IMG/VR virus record: IMGVR_UViG_3300034073_003340
Coordinates: 310,001 to 374,000 of that record
DNA: 64,000 nucleotides
Reading direction: 5' to 3' (one strand)
The notes below the pieces were generated by a model. The model was not told the origin of the DNA, ran no database searches, and saw nothing but the letters and a program-made list of their open reading frames with translations. The translations under genes were made by a program, and so were the position numbers. Positions 32,530 through 42,681 of this stretch are shown piece by piece. Every line of letters begins with the position of its first letter. Position 1 is the stretch's first letter.

Positions 32530-33239
32530 CAGTCTGCTGCCAGTCTAGCCATCATGAGACGGCTCATAAGTTTATCGTTTACAATCAGGAGTTCACTGGC
32601 ACCAAAGGCTTTGACTTCTTCGCCTGCCTTTTCACCATCGCGAAGTTTTAATGTCTTTACAAAGACGCCGCCCCGATCAGTCATTCGAGTAACGGTACCA
32701 AACTTCATGGAGATATGACCATACCGGCGATGAACAAAACAAACAAATTGACCAGTCTCGATTTCCTGACCAAGAGAATCATATGGAATTACCCTAGGTG
32801 CTTTGGGCTTTGCGTCGCCTGGAGTCCACTCCCACTGAGTGCCACCGGACCAGTTGGGGAGATATTCTACTTCCCCAGCAGATGGAGAACATTTGTTCTT
32901 TCTTCCATCCCAAACGACTTCAATATCTCTTATACCTAGATAATGGTCGGAACGATTATAATAGCTGCTATTAGGAGAATTGGGCGGACGGTAATCAAAA
33001 GTAATAGAATTGAGCCTACCCACACTTCCTTTGCGTCGCTCGTCTAAAACTTGAACATAAACTGGCTCACCAGCTATCAGCTTTCCTTCAATTTCATTCT
33101 TCAACGCAAGATATGTATTAACATCATTGTCAACACGAGTATATCGTGCCCCCCACCGGGTTGAACAGAGTAGAATACCATCATCATGGAATTCAAGCTT
33201 TTTTGGAATTTCGTTATTAGAGTTCTGATTTTCTGTCAT
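32529..33239 (-). CDS. two-domain SH3-like protein, paralogue of 31825
   Basis: RKGSVGRL; DSLGQEIETGQ...RLMMARL. Confidence 0.7.
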   Translation of the reverse strand: MTENQNSNNEIPKKLEFHDDGILLCSTRWGARYTRVDNDVNTYLALKNEIEGKLIAGEPVYVQVLDERRKGSVGRLNSITFDYRPPNSPNSSYYNRSDHYLGIRDIEVVWDGRKNKCSPSAGEVEYLPNWSGGTQWEWTPGDAKPKAPRVIPYDSLGQEIETGQFVCFVHRRYGHISMKFGTVTRMTDRGGVFVKTLKLRDGEKAGEEVKAFGASELLIVNDKLMSRLMMARLAAD

Positions 33240-33332
33240 TGTGTCTCACCAGTTTATTCGATCTGGCCGACACAGAAGTGGGGCGTAGTCCTATAGTAAG
33301 ACTACGCCCGGTGTCCTGTCTATATTATTTGG

Positions 33333-33545
33333 TTAGGCTTCGGTAGCCTTGTGGACAGCTTCGATCAGTTGGATCTGACTCTCCAGAATGTGCTTGATGT
33401 TCTCGTATGCGTTGACCTGGTGCAGAAACAACCGGCGGGCCTTCTTCAGCATGGGGAAGAAAAGTTCATACACCTCGCGGATGTATTCCTTTAGCTTTTC
33501 CAGCTTGAATACACCGACCATGGACTGTAGGTTGTGCTCAGACCG
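33333..33545 (-). pseudogene. C-terminal remnant of an HD-hydrolase paralogue
   Basis: HNLQSMVGVF...KKARRLFLHQVNAYENIK nearly matches the C-terminus of 34076-34708. Confidence 0.6.
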
Positions 33546-33864
33546 CAAGCAGAGTCTTCGCCAATGTGATATCCTCCTCATTGGAGAAGAATAAGCGGTC
33601 ATCAGAGATGAAGGTAATCCCAGCAGGTAGCCCCTCTGAAATGCTGTCAAAGCACCAATTTGAAAGTGAGAGTGAGCTCGAAATTAGCTTGAGAACCAAC
33701 TGTCCTGCCGACTCGACACCTGCATCAAGCGTATATGGATACACAGATTGGTCCGGCCGGAAACAATCGTCCATGTTGAAGCCCGTACAAATTACCTTTT
33801 GCCGATCAGCAGGATCCTCTCCATAGTAGAGTTCGAGAACCTTTTCCCATGCGCTTTCTTTCAT
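33538..33864 (-). CDS. hypothetical protein
   Basis: ORF track; GAGG SD. Confidence 0.55.
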   Translation of the reverse strand: MKESAWEKVLELYYGEDPADRQKVICTGFNMDDCFRPDQSVYPYTLDAGVESAGQLVLKLISSSLSLSNWCFDSISEGLPAGITFISDDRLFFSNEEDITLAKTLLAV

Positions 33865-34075
33865 TTTAGCCTCTGTTTAACGTTTCTTCACCTAAACTAC
33901 GCGAATTCAGGAAAGAATCAACCACTTTTCCATGACTGAAGATTATGGATTCTTGCTAAAAGAGGAACCTGTCACCAGATCTGTTTCAAACTAACAGGTT
34001 CTCGAACTGTTACGCCTTTCTGATTGCGAGAACCCGGGGTCAGAACGTGCCGCTGGAACAAGCCTTACAAAGGCT

Positions 34076-34708
34076 TTAGGGTTTCGAAGGTTCTACCCAC
34101 GTGAACTTAATAAGGTCCATCTGAGTCTGAAGCACGAACTTGATGTTCTCATACGCATTGACCTGATGTGGGAAGAGGCGACGGGCTCGCTTCAACATAG
34201 GCAAGAACAGATCAACCACTTCTTGAATGTAGATCTTCTGCTTCTCGACAGTGAACACCCCAAGCATTGAGCTGACGTTATGAATCCGGTCGCAACCCTT
34301 TGCGATACTTGCGATGGGATCTTTGCTCATTGCTTCGAAAAGAGCAACTTCGTCTTTTTTGACGCCGCGAAATTCCTTGGTCATGTTCTCAACCGCACAG
34401 TCGACTCGCTCTGCGAATTCAGGATCCTCAAAGAATAGTTCGCGAATCTCGGCGGCCGTTACTCCATAGTCCTCGCGGACATCGTGAAGCATAATGGTGG
34501 CAATAACTTCCTGACGATACATGAGATCGGGAAGGGTCAGTGCGAACAGCGCAATTTCGATTTGGTGTTGGAACTCGGGGGTTACGCCGTCCTTACGGAG
34601 GCCGGTATGATACCTGTGGGCAAATTCCAATGCAGCTAGGGCATGATGATAGCGGGCGCCGACCAGTTGCTGACGAAGCGTAAGAAGCTTTTTCTGATAC
34701 TCTGTCAC
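34076..34708 (-). CDS. HD-domain hydrolase, RelA/SpoT hydrolase (Mesh1/SAH)-like
   Basis: H.G.RKDG.TP...H...LHDVRED...K..DRIHN motifs. Confidence 0.8.
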   Translation of the reverse strand: MTEYQKKLLTLRQQLVGARYHHALAALEFAHRYHTGLRKDGVTPEFQHQIEIALFALTLPDLMYRQEVIATIMLHDVREDYGVTAAEIRELFFEDPEFAERVDCAVENMTKEFRGVKKDEVALFEAMSKDPIASIAKGCDRIHNVSSMLGVFTVEKQKIYIQEVVDLFLPMLKRARRLFPHQVNAYENIKFVLQTQMDLIKFTWVEPSKP

Positions 34709-34766
34709 CTGCGTCTCCTTTGTCTATGCTCATAAGAGAACATAGATTAAACCAGGTGTCAACTAA

Positions 34767-35213
34767 TCAGATGTATGAGATAGAGAACATATAGCCGAGA
34801 CCTTCAATCATCTGACTCTGGACTTGGCGCGCACCAGGGCAAGCCTGCATCAACTCACTTATATATTCCTGTTTGGTCTTGCCCATGAAGGGCGGTGGGA
34901 CCATGATACGAATTGAGCCTTGTCGCAAAAACTGAATGTCGTTGGGAGGGGGATTTAGAGAGCAAAGACCATCGTATAATTGCCCCAAATTCAGCCCTAT
35001 GAGGAAGTCACGATCTAGGTCTTCCTCGGTTACATTCGTGGATACAACGATGCGCTGCGGGGCTTCTATGGGGCACTCACTAGCCATGAGCAGCTCAAGC
35101 CGACCTTGAGCTACACTGCGAACAGTTTCTTCAGTCGATGGATGATCGATCAGCGCCTTGAGCTTTTCGATTTTTGATCGACCATCTTCGAATAGGAATT
35201 CTCGAGCTCGCAC
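34767..35213 (-). CDS. late protein with the shared N-terminal motif
   Basis: MRAREFLFE; TAAATA upstream. Confidence 0.7.
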   Translation of the reverse strand: MRAREFLFEDGRSKIEKLKALIDHPSTEETVRSVAQGRLELLMASECPIEAPQRIVVSTNVTEEDLDRDFLIGLNLGQLYDGLCSLNPPPNDIQFLRQGSIRIMVPPPFMGKTKQEYISELMQACPGARQVQSQMIEGLGYMFSISYI

Positions 35214-35249
35214 GATGACCTCTGGGTAGGATTAACTACCCATATTTAG

Positions 35250-35660
35250 TCACGGAGCGAATTGGGTATTGGGTCCAATCTCTCGGTTTGTTCGCGCCAA
35301 TTGTTCTGCTGGCGTGAGGATCTTGTTGATCAAGGTGCGAGCCTGCTTGCTGGCCAGACGCAGTTTTTCACCAGGTATGAGGTCAAAGTCAACCCCTTCT
35401 CTAGGCTGATGCGGCTCAAACAAGATCCCAGTCCAAATGCGATTACCCTGGCCTGGCTTCACCAATTCCAAGCGCCCATTACAGACATGGCGCAGATAGA
35501 CCTTGGTATTGATTTTGGCCTTGGCTCCCTGGGTCCCATCGAAATCGCGAAGGGACCGCACGGCGATCACCTCGCTATTCTCAAGCTGGATACCGTTTGA
35601 TAGCTCAACGTATGGCCACCGCCAGTCACACGTTGAGGAACGACGACAGATCACGCTCAT
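35250..35660 (-). CDS. hypothetical protein
   Basis: Coupled ORF. Confidence 0.6.
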   Translation of the reverse strand: MSVICRRSSTCDWRWPYVELSNGIQLENSEVIAVRSLRDFDGTQGAKAKINTKVYLRHVCNGRLELVKPGQGNRIWTGILFEPHQPREGVDFDLIPGEKLRLASKQARTLINKILTPAEQLARTNREIGPNTQFAP

Positions 35661-36094
35661 TCCTCGGAGATCTTTTCGTAGTTCTCGTCAATTTCGCCAT
35701 TTTCAATGGCTTGATGGAGACCCTCGCCAATTATGTCCAAATCGCAATTGCTGAAACCGTGAATTTTGTGGAAAGCAATGATTTCTTCATGATCTGTAAT
35801 CTCTTCCAGATCAACATTGCTCCAGAACTCCACGTTGGTTTGGCTATGCTTGCCTGCGAAATCACAAAAGAAGGCAGTGGTTCCTTCAAGAGCCGCTTTT
35901 ATCTTAGCCCACTCGTCGCGGTCGTAGATTACCTGATCTTCGATTTCAGATACCCGACCGTAACGAAAGCCCACCTTGACCAAAACACTGTTGGCAAAGC
36001 GGAAAACATTCCGCTCCTTGTCAATCTCTTCCCATGTTGCTACGAGCTGGCCAGCAATATGCAGGCCCTTTTCAGAAAATCCGTAATCAGCCAT
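35657..36094 (-). CDS. hypothetical protein
   Basis: Coupled ORF. Confidence 0.65.
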   Translation of the reverse strand: MADYGFSEKGLHIAGQLVATWEEIDKERNVFRFANSVLVKVGFRYGRVSEIEDQVIYDRDEWAKIKAALEGTTAFFCDFAGKHSQTNVEFWSNVDLEEITDHEEIIAFHKIHGFSNCDLDIIGEGLHQAIENGEIDENYEKISEE

Positions 36095-37859
36095 CGACGG
36101 CCTCCGTAAGTGTTTCGAGATCGAGAATCGTGGTCTTGAGCTTGCCGTTATAGGCCAGCTTGAACATCATTGCCGCACCCTTGTTAGGGAAAGTTACCGC
36201 GACACTCTTGATGTCAACGGCCTTCTTGAAGGTGCCCTTTTTCATTTGGGTACTCGCGATAGCAGCATCAATCAGTGCCTTTTCCTCGTCACTGATTGCG
36301 GTCTTATCGCCATGGTAGCCAGCATTATCCAGCTTTTCTTCGTCGGTCTCCGTGAAAACCACCATACCCTTCTGACTGTCTAGAAGGTTAGCCTTCTCGA
36401 GTGCCTGGTAGGCAGTACGCACAGACGATCCATATTTGACGGTAAGTTCTCGCAATTCCCAGGAACGCTTGAACCATTTGTGAAAGTCAGCAACCGGACC
36501 TATCTCCTGCCGTCCTAGCTTGTCGAACTGGACTAATTCCCAATCTTCAGTCATGTGGAATGTCTTTCCGCCGCTTCCCCATTCGGGCAGAGACTCGCCG
36601 GCACCTGGGAGACCGTCATAGTAGCCAGTCATCATCAGGATACTAGTCTTGGCCCTGCCAAGATTGTCCCATTTCTTGCCTTTCATGAAAGTGTCGACCA
36701 TCTCCTGATAATCAACACTTTTATCATCGTTGGCATCATCTTCGTAGTGATTCTTCCAGCGAAAGTTTCCTTTGCGGTAATCGGGAGCCTTGTAATAGGC
36801 CCCCGATGGCTTATATCGCAGAACCCAGACATCCACAGTGGGTATGCTTTCTAACTCGATGAAATCCTTGATCATACTGTATTCCAATCCAAGGATCTCA
36901 CTTTCACCATCGAACTGGACTACAGCAGTGTTAGTATACTTCTGACCATGCCAGCCGTGAGGATGAAAGTAGGTATTGAACTTGCCTTGAACTGTGAACA
37001 CTTCACCGGCCTTGATGCTGCGATAAAGAACCGGGGTATACTCACCCAAACTCTTTTCCGCTGCCTGTCGCATTGCCTGGCGATCTTCCCCATGCTTCTG
37101 CCATGCCGCACTAAAGGCCGCCTCTTTGATTTCCCAATCCTGGTAAGCTGCCTCCGAAGCGTTGTGTGGAATATTCGGCGGGCGTTCAGGTCGAGGATTG
37201 GCTTTGTCCCATGCGGCAATATGGCGATTGAAGACTGGATTGGGAGCACCATAATAGATGTCTACATCATGCGTGAATTTCCAGCGACTCTTGTCGACCA
37301 TCTGCTGGCGAATGTTGACCTTGGGCTGCTTCTTGCGAGACTCGGGTTTCTCTGCAATCTCAAGATTCTTGGCTTCTGCCCATTTATTGTTACTGGACCA
37401 ACCGACCAAAACATCATCGGGAGAAAAGCGGGACTCGCCCAGCTTCTTGTATTCGTCGATTACCTCATTATCGGCTTCACTCATGGCTTTCCAGAGTTTC
37501 TGGTAAGCGGCTTCGTTCTCAGGACGGATTTCACTACGGGTATAGGCCGGTCGTGTGTAGGCGTGAGGCGTTCCTGGGTTGATGGTCTGCGAGGGATACT
37601 CTACATCGTGGCTCAGAGCTTGGCGCTTGTCGTCGAAATCACGCGCAATCTCAGATAGACGACGAGTCCTCTCTGCCTTCTCTTCCTCAGACAACATAGT
37701 GTCTGGGGCAGGGAGAGCAACATCGCTGATTTCCACTACTACTTCACGGTTAGTGGTTTCAGTCTTATCGCGCTGGTGTCCCCAGCGGCTGACGAGTGGC
37801 GTGCCCTTAGGCACCCGAGCATATAAACCTTTTTGGAAAGGACTGTCGGCGAGTTTCAT
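36087..37859 (-). CDS. large hypothetical protein with a C-terminal DAxLFKLxW-like motif
   Basis: AAGGAG SD; FPNKGAAMMFKLAY near the C-terminus. Confidence 0.75.
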   Translation of the reverse strand: MKLADSPFQKGLYARVPKGTPLVSRWGHQRDKTETTNREVVVEISDVALPAPDTMLSEEEKAERTRRLSEIARDFDDKRQALSHDVEYPSQTINPGTPHAYTRPAYTRSEIRPENEAAYQKLWKAMSEADNEVIDEYKKLGESRFSPDDVLVGWSSNNKWAEAKNLEIAEKPESRKKQPKVNIRQQMVDKSRWKFTHDVDIYYGAPNPVFNRHIAAWDKANPRPERPPNIPHNASEAAYQDWEIKEAAFSAAWQKHGEDRQAMRQAAEKSLGEYTPVLYRSIKAGEVFTVQGKFNTYFHPHGWHGQKYTNTAVVQFDGESEILGLEYSMIKDFIELESIPTVDVWVLRYKPSGAYYKAPDYRKGNFRWKNHYEDDANDDKSVDYQEMVDTFMKGKKWDNLGRAKTSILMMTGYYDGLPGAGESLPEWGSGGKTFHMTEDWELVQFDKLGRQEIGPVADFHKWFKRSWELRELTVKYGSSVRTAYQALEKANLLDSQKGMVVFTETDEEKLDNAGYHGDKTAISDEEKALIDAAIASTQMKKGTFKKAVDIKSVAVTFPNKGAAMMFKLAYNGKLKTTILDLETLTEAVDG

Positions 37860-38161
37860 AGGATCTCCTTTGAAACAACCTAACATCAAGGCTTAGAATA
37901 TCAAGACAAAAAAGGCTCTGGGTCACCCCAGAGCCTTAGTATTGGTAGTGCGTGGTTCTACCAGAAGTTGGCGCAAAACGGGTAGCTAATCCCGCCAAGA
38001 TAAAAATCTCTGTCCAACAGAAACTCGGTGCAAGATTATTGTTGAGCCCTATTGTCGGGCTGGAGTGGACGGCTTTTCCAGACCAGTAAGTCCCTATCGT
38101 TGGGCTCTATCGTCATCTTGCTCTGGTGTCTATAGCGACATCTATATTAGCTGTCAACCGC

Positions 38162-38353
38162 TCAGGTGAAAGAATGTCGAGAAATATTTCCTAGGTGAAT
38201 GAGAACTCTATTAGTTCCTTCGTCTGTGGAACTCAGAGCTCTTGGCGTGCCACCCAGTGTCGCACTAGTATGATCAATCCAGTCTGTTGCTCTTTCTTCC
38301 GAGCCAAGGATATCAACAGCTTTATCGTAAATCTTTTGTAAGTTAGGTGTCAT
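38162..38353 (-). CDS. orphan antitoxin-like protein (Xre/MbcA/ParS C-terminal, DUF2384-like)
   Basis: AVDILGSEERATDWI...LGGTPRAL..T.EG..RV...LGNI. Confidence 0.6.
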   Translation of the reverse strand: MTPNLQKIYDKAVDILGSEERATDWIDHTSATLGGTPRALSSTDEGTNRVLIHLGNISRHSFT

Positions 38354-38356
38354 AAT

Positions 38357-38851
38357 TCACTCCACGCGGAGATCAACATTTCTTACTGTCTTTGCGAAGT
38401 CTTCCACATTGCCGCATTTAAAGATAGCCAAACGACTGAGCGTATAATCACCAGCCGGTAACTTGTCTGGAATTTGAACTGCCTGTGCTAGGGATTCAGT
38501 ACGGTCGCCTGAATAAAACTCACCATCCGTAGTGTTCCAAAGAACACTATTACCCGTAGGTAAATGTAAAACCCAAAGCCAGCTGGTCCTTACAAAACAA
38601 GGTTTACCGGGCTGTCGCTCGATCTGCATATTGTAGAAGATTTGCGTTCCGCGCTTTACCACATGAGTGGATTCACCAAACGGTTCATTGCTTATATAGC
38701 TAGTTACAATATAGGCACTAGCATCATTATCTCTTGCGGTCTGGATATTAGCCTTTGTTTGCGCAATGAGTTCATCTAACCCAATATAGATAACAATCAG
38801 GCCCAAAGAAAGCAAGATTATCTTCAAAAAGTTAAGAATCCATTCAGGCAT
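38357..38851 (-). CDS. membrane-anchored late protein
   Basis: N-terminal TM segment, GGAGG SD, TAAATA upstream. Confidence 0.65.
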   Translation of the reverse strand: MPEWILNFLKIILLSLGLIVIYIGLDELIAQTKANIQTARDNDASAYIVTSYISNEPFGESTHVVKRGTQIFYNMQIERQPGKPCFVRTSWLWVLHLPTGNSVLWNTTDGEFYSGDRTESLAQAVQIPDKLPAGDYTLSRLAIFKCGNVEDFAKTVRNVDLRVE

Positions 38852-38932
38852 AAGGCCTCCAGAAACTAAAAGGGCTCACTGTATTTACCAGTGAGCCCCA
38901 AAGTCCTAGATTTTTATTTAGCCAAGGACTGA

Positions 38933-39364
38933 TTACGGCACCATACAAGCTGCCTGCAGAATGCCGATGCCGAAACCGATGCCGCCGATAAAGGTGCCAC
39001 TGGCCACGCAATTGTCTTCAATTCGCTTTTCGATTGCCGGGAAAAGCTTGCTGATCACGAAAAACACCGCGAGCTGAATGATGCCACTGACCGCACCCCA
39101 CATCGCCATGTCGAGCATGTTGACTGAGTGACCAATGACCACGGCCATTGGAACCGCAAAGCCCAGGAACGTTCCAACCAGCTGAACGGCGGCCGCATTG
39201 TTGCCTGCCTTGATCAGGGCAAATTCCTTGTGCGGGGTGATCATCACGTAAAGCGCGAGAAAGACCACAGCCAGGACCATACTGGCGCCGAAATATGCGA
39301 GGAAGTGAGGGATAGCGTCACTAAAATAGGCAACGGTTTCCTTGGCAACTGCTGACTTACTCAT
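38933..39364 (-). CDS. DUF350-family membrane protein
   Basis: Four TM segments; Y..ITPHKEF.LIK.GN.AAA motif. Confidence 0.8.
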   Translation of the reverse strand: MSKSAVAKETVAYFSDAIPHFLAYFGASMVLAVVFLALYVMITPHKEFALIKAGNNAAAVQLVGTFLGFAVPMAVVIGHSVNMLDMAMWGAVSGIIQLAVFFVISKLFPAIEKRIEDNCVASGTFIGGIGFGIGILQAACMVP

Positions 39365-39376
39365 AAAGGTGTCTCC

Positions 39377-40552
39377 TTATTCTTCGGGCACAAAGTAATG
39401 TGGGATGAAACGCGAGGCATTTCCCGTGACCTCGCTCACGTCTTCACGGATGCCCATGCCCGAAGGACGACCGCCAACAATCCAGCTGCCAATGATGGGA
39501 GTCATTCCATCAAACTTGGGCAGTGGAAGGTATTCCTGGAAGATTGATTCAGCAAGTTGATCATAGCCGCGAGAAACTCCCTGAATCGCAACCTTACCAT
39601 CCTTGATGATCTTTACATCAGCGCCTTCACGCGCCAGCATAGGCTTTTGGACATAGTTGCCCTTAAGAGGGGTCGAAGACCAATAAGCCGGGAGAAGGTT
39701 TTCATGACCGGGGTAGAGTTCCCACAGGATGGGAAGAATACCCTTGTTGCTCAGGACCAGCTTCCACGCTGGTTCAATGACGTCCCAGGGTTCGTTGAGC
39801 ATGAAACGTCCAAAATCCTCACGGATCAGCCATTCCCAGGGATAGAGCTTGAAGATTGTGTTAATTGACTTCTCATTGAGATCAGTGAATGTCGAGCCGT
39901 TCCAGCCGATATTCTCAATGTCAATGTAGTCAGTGTTGAGACCGGCCTGTACCGCACAATCCCGGAGGTATTCAGCGGTGCCCTTGTCTTCGAGGTTTTC
40001 AGCGACCGCAGCAAAGTAAAAAGTTTCGTTGGGTCCGAGAACCTTGCCACCAATATCCTTGAGAACCTCGATCAAACGTTCGTGGATGCTGTTGAACTGA
40101 TCAATAGTTTGACCCGTACGCTGAGCATACTGCTCCATCCAAAACCACTGGACTACCGAGGCTTCCAGTAGACTGGTCGGAGTATCCGCGTTGAACTCCA
40201 GCATCTTTGGAGTGCCTTGCGCATCAAAGGCAAAGTCAAAACGACCATAGAGGTCAACGTCCTGGCGCTCCCAGGACTTCTTGATCAATCCATGAAAGTC
40301 TGCCGGGATCGCGAGCTGACTGAGCATGTCGCGTTCGATCGCATAATCAACAGCCGAGAGGCACATACGATAAAGAATCGTGCTAGCGTCTTCGACCTTA
40401 TCGATTTCAGCAGAGGTGAATTCGTATGCCTTACTTTCATCCCAATAGGCGGGATCCACACCAGGCTCCGTCACAAGAGTGTGCCAGTTGAAGCCAACCT
40501 TCTCACATTCTTCCTGCCAATTAGGCCGGACTTCGATCTCAAGACGCTTCAA
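39377..40552 (-). CDS. glutathionylspermidine synthase-like ATP-grasp protein (YgiC/YjfC family)
   Basis: YGRFDF, KMLEFNADTPTSLLE, IFKLYPWEW, EPAWK..LSNK and KP...REG motifs. Confidence 0.9.
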   Translation of the reverse strand: MKRLEIEVRPNWQEECEKVGFNWHTLVTEPGVDPAYWDESKAYEFTSAEIDKVEDASTILYRMCLSAVDYAIERDMLSQLAIPADFHGLIKKSWERQDVDLYGRFDFAFDAQGTPKMLEFNADTPTSLLEASVVQWFWMEQYAQRTGQTIDQFNSIHERLIEVLKDIGGKVLGPNETFYFAAVAENLEDKGTAEYLRDCAVQAGLNTDYIDIENIGWNGSTFTDLNEKSINTIFKLYPWEWLIREDFGRFMLNEPWDVIEPAWKLVLSNKGILPILWELYPGHENLLPAYWSSTPLKGNYVQKPMLAREGADVKIIKDGKVAIQGVSRGYDQLAESIFQEYLPLPKFDGMTPIIGSWIVGGRPSGMGIREDVSEVTGNASRFIPHYFVPEE

Positions 40553-40612
40553 TTTATTCTCCTGTAACTACTGCTCAATATCTACACTGGACATTGAACA
40601 AGTCAACCGCTT

Positions 40613-41092
40613 TTAACTATTTTCGCCGTTTGCCGGCAACTGAACTATTGATCCACGCTTATAAAAGTCGGCAAAATGACCTGGAATCCTACAAGTGATC
40701 TGAACCTTTGATCCAGGAACATGCCCAAGTATCCAAGTGGTAACCTCTTTGTCTTTGCCATTAGTAGTAACTTGGTCCATGATCAAAGCTACTCCGCCCT
40801 GACAAGCGGACTTTGTGTCTATTGGTTCCAAATCACGGCCTGGAATTCTATAAACAATCTTGTCACGATAAACCACTGATGGCGGCTTCTTGTATTTGAG
40901 TACTACTACCTTTTCCACTTTTTCCTTGCGGGTCACCGGGATAGATTTTGCGATTATTATTGCCGCACCAATCAGGCTACCAAGTACCAACCCGGTGAAT
41001 AATACCGTTACAAGGCTTCGCTGATCTTTTGGCCAAAAGTAAAAGCTTATGAGCAGGACAACAGCAAATACAATGAGGCAAAAGATCAGCAT
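40613..41092 (-). CDS. membrane protein
   Basis: Two N-terminal TM segments. Confidence 0.65.
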   Translation of the reverse strand: MLIFCLIVFAVVLLISFYFWPKDQRSLVTVLFTGLVLGSLIGAAIIIAKSIPVTRKEKVEKVVVLKYKKPPSVVYRDKIVYRIPGRDLEPIDTKSACQGGVALIMDQVTTNGKDKEVTTWILGHVPGSKVQITCRIPGHFADFYKRGSIVQLPANGENS

Positions 41093-41100
41093 TCTATACC

Positions 41101-41544
41101 TTACTTGGCTACTGGGGCTTCAGAAACCTTCGTGGTATCAGGTAGATAAAAAGGAGAAATACCCAGTGGATTCAGACCGGCTCGCTGAACCAGTTCCTGA
41201 ATCGTAAGACTTTCGGCCCAGAGGATACAATCGGAAGTCTCATTGGTATAGTAAACCGTGGTGCTTCCATAACTGGTAATTTCAGTTCCAGAAACAAAAA
41301 CTCGAACCCGTGCCAGAGAAGCCTCCGGTGTGAGAAATCGAGTTCTGATTTCCCCTACCAGCTCTTTTGATGGGGCAGAAAGACCCATCTTGGATGCTGG
41401 AATACAGAGACTTTCCTTATCGGCAAGAGTCGTTACCTTGGTTCCGCCGCTTGCGTTACGCGCTTCAGCGGCTGTTTCAGCTGGAGGGGCGCAAGCCGCA
41501 AGGCCAGCACAAAGAATCAATGTCGCTAGAGATTTGCGAATCAT
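41101..41544 (-). CDS. putative lipoprotein
   Basis: Lipobox LAAC. Confidence 0.7.
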   Translation of the reverse strand: MIRKSLATLILCAGLAACAPPAETAAEARNASGGTKVTTLADKESLCIPASKMGLSAPSKELVGEIRTRFLTPEASLARVRVFVSGTEITSYGSTTVYYTNETSDCILWAESLTIQELVQRAGLNPLGISPFYLPDTTKVSEAPVAK

Positions 41545-42314
41545 CCGCCGAAACCTCCGCCAAAGGAACGTCCCATGCCTCCGAAACCGCCACGTGAACT
41601 AACACTGGGGCTGGACTTGAAACTACTGCCGCTGCCGCTGCTGATAGAGCTACGGCTACCACTTCCTGACGAAATGGTGCTGCGACTTCCAGCTGCCGAA
41701 AGAGGATCCACAGTCGATTTGAACGTGTTGGTCGGCTTGAACGAGTTTCCAAAGCCACCACGGATACTGGACGGTGGCGTCATCGCAGTGCTGGACTTCA
41801 GGGAACCCTTGGTAGAAACCCCAGATCCAGAAGCACGAACATTGTAGGGCGCGGTCCCAATGGGAGCCGAACGGCTATAGCCTCGTCCCGACGTATAGAT
41901 AGGCGCCTGGTAACCATTACCGCGACGCTCACGCTCACGATAGCTTCCAGGTCCATAATAAAGAGGAGCCGGCGTCGACATCGCCGAACCCATCATGTAT
42001 CCCAGCATCATTGGCATGAACACGTCGCCAGAACCACCATACATGCTGGCAGGGCGACACATATCTGCGCCAAACTGCTCAATACACGCCTGGCGGTCGT
42101 TGAACTTGGGCGCGTTCTGAAGATGCTCACGCTGCGCTAGCTTGTCAGCTGCTTCACAGGTTGCTTCATCATATACGGCAACACATTCCGCCTTGTTGGC
42201 AAAGGTTCCGCCGTTGTCTGCTGGAGTCTGGGGAGCCGGTTCGCATCCCGAGAGAGCAGCAGCGGCACTTACACTGGTCAACAGAACCAGCGATACTCGG
42301 GTGCTACGCTTCAT
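41541..42314 (-). CDS. DUF1190-family (YgiB/YjfM-like) lipoprotein
   Basis: LSGC lipobox; C...APKF.....C..QFG...C, FMPMMLGYMMG, RGGFGG tail. Confidence 0.8.
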   Translation of the reverse strand: MKRSTRVSLVLLTSVSAAAALSGCEPAPQTPADNGGTFANKAECVAVYDEATCEAADKLAQREHLQNAPKFNDRQACIEQFGADMCRPASMYGGSGDVFMPMMLGYMMGSAMSTPAPLYYGPGSYRERERRGNGYQAPIYTSGRGYSRSAPIGTAPYNVRASGSGVSTKGSLKSSTAMTPPSSIRGGFGNSFKPTNTFKSTVDPLSAAGSRSTISSGSGSRSSISSGSGSSFKSSPSVSSRGGFGGMGRSFGGGFGG

Positions 42315-42382
42315 GGTATTCCTTTCATCCCGTGGCCGATTGCCATTAGATGCTATCCATCTGCTAGATATTGGTCTACCTG

Positions 42383-42613
42383 TCAATTACTTTTTGATCC
42401 AAAGTCCACCACCAGTAAATTATCGCTCTTTTCTATAAGATGGTTTGAGGACTCAACAGCTTCAGCGGCTTCTGCTACTGAATCCAAATGGATTAGTAGA
42501 TTTTCTAAGACATTGGGATCGATATTGCCATTTTCAAAATTACAAAGAAAATAGTCAACCGCGACGGCTATGATGCTGAGTTCTTGAGAAGAAAGGTCTT
42601 CAATTTTATACAT
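42383..42613 (-). CDS. hypothetical protein
   Basis: ORF track. Confidence 0.55.
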   Translation of the reverse strand: MYKIEDLSSQELSIIAVAVDYFLCNFENGNIDPNVLENLLIHLDSVAEAAEAVESSNHLIEKSDNLLVVDFGSKSN

Positions 42614-42681
42614 CGTCTATTCACCATAAAGGGAGAAGTTTCCTTCTCCCTTTATAGCAAAAACTGGTGATAAAATCTAAA

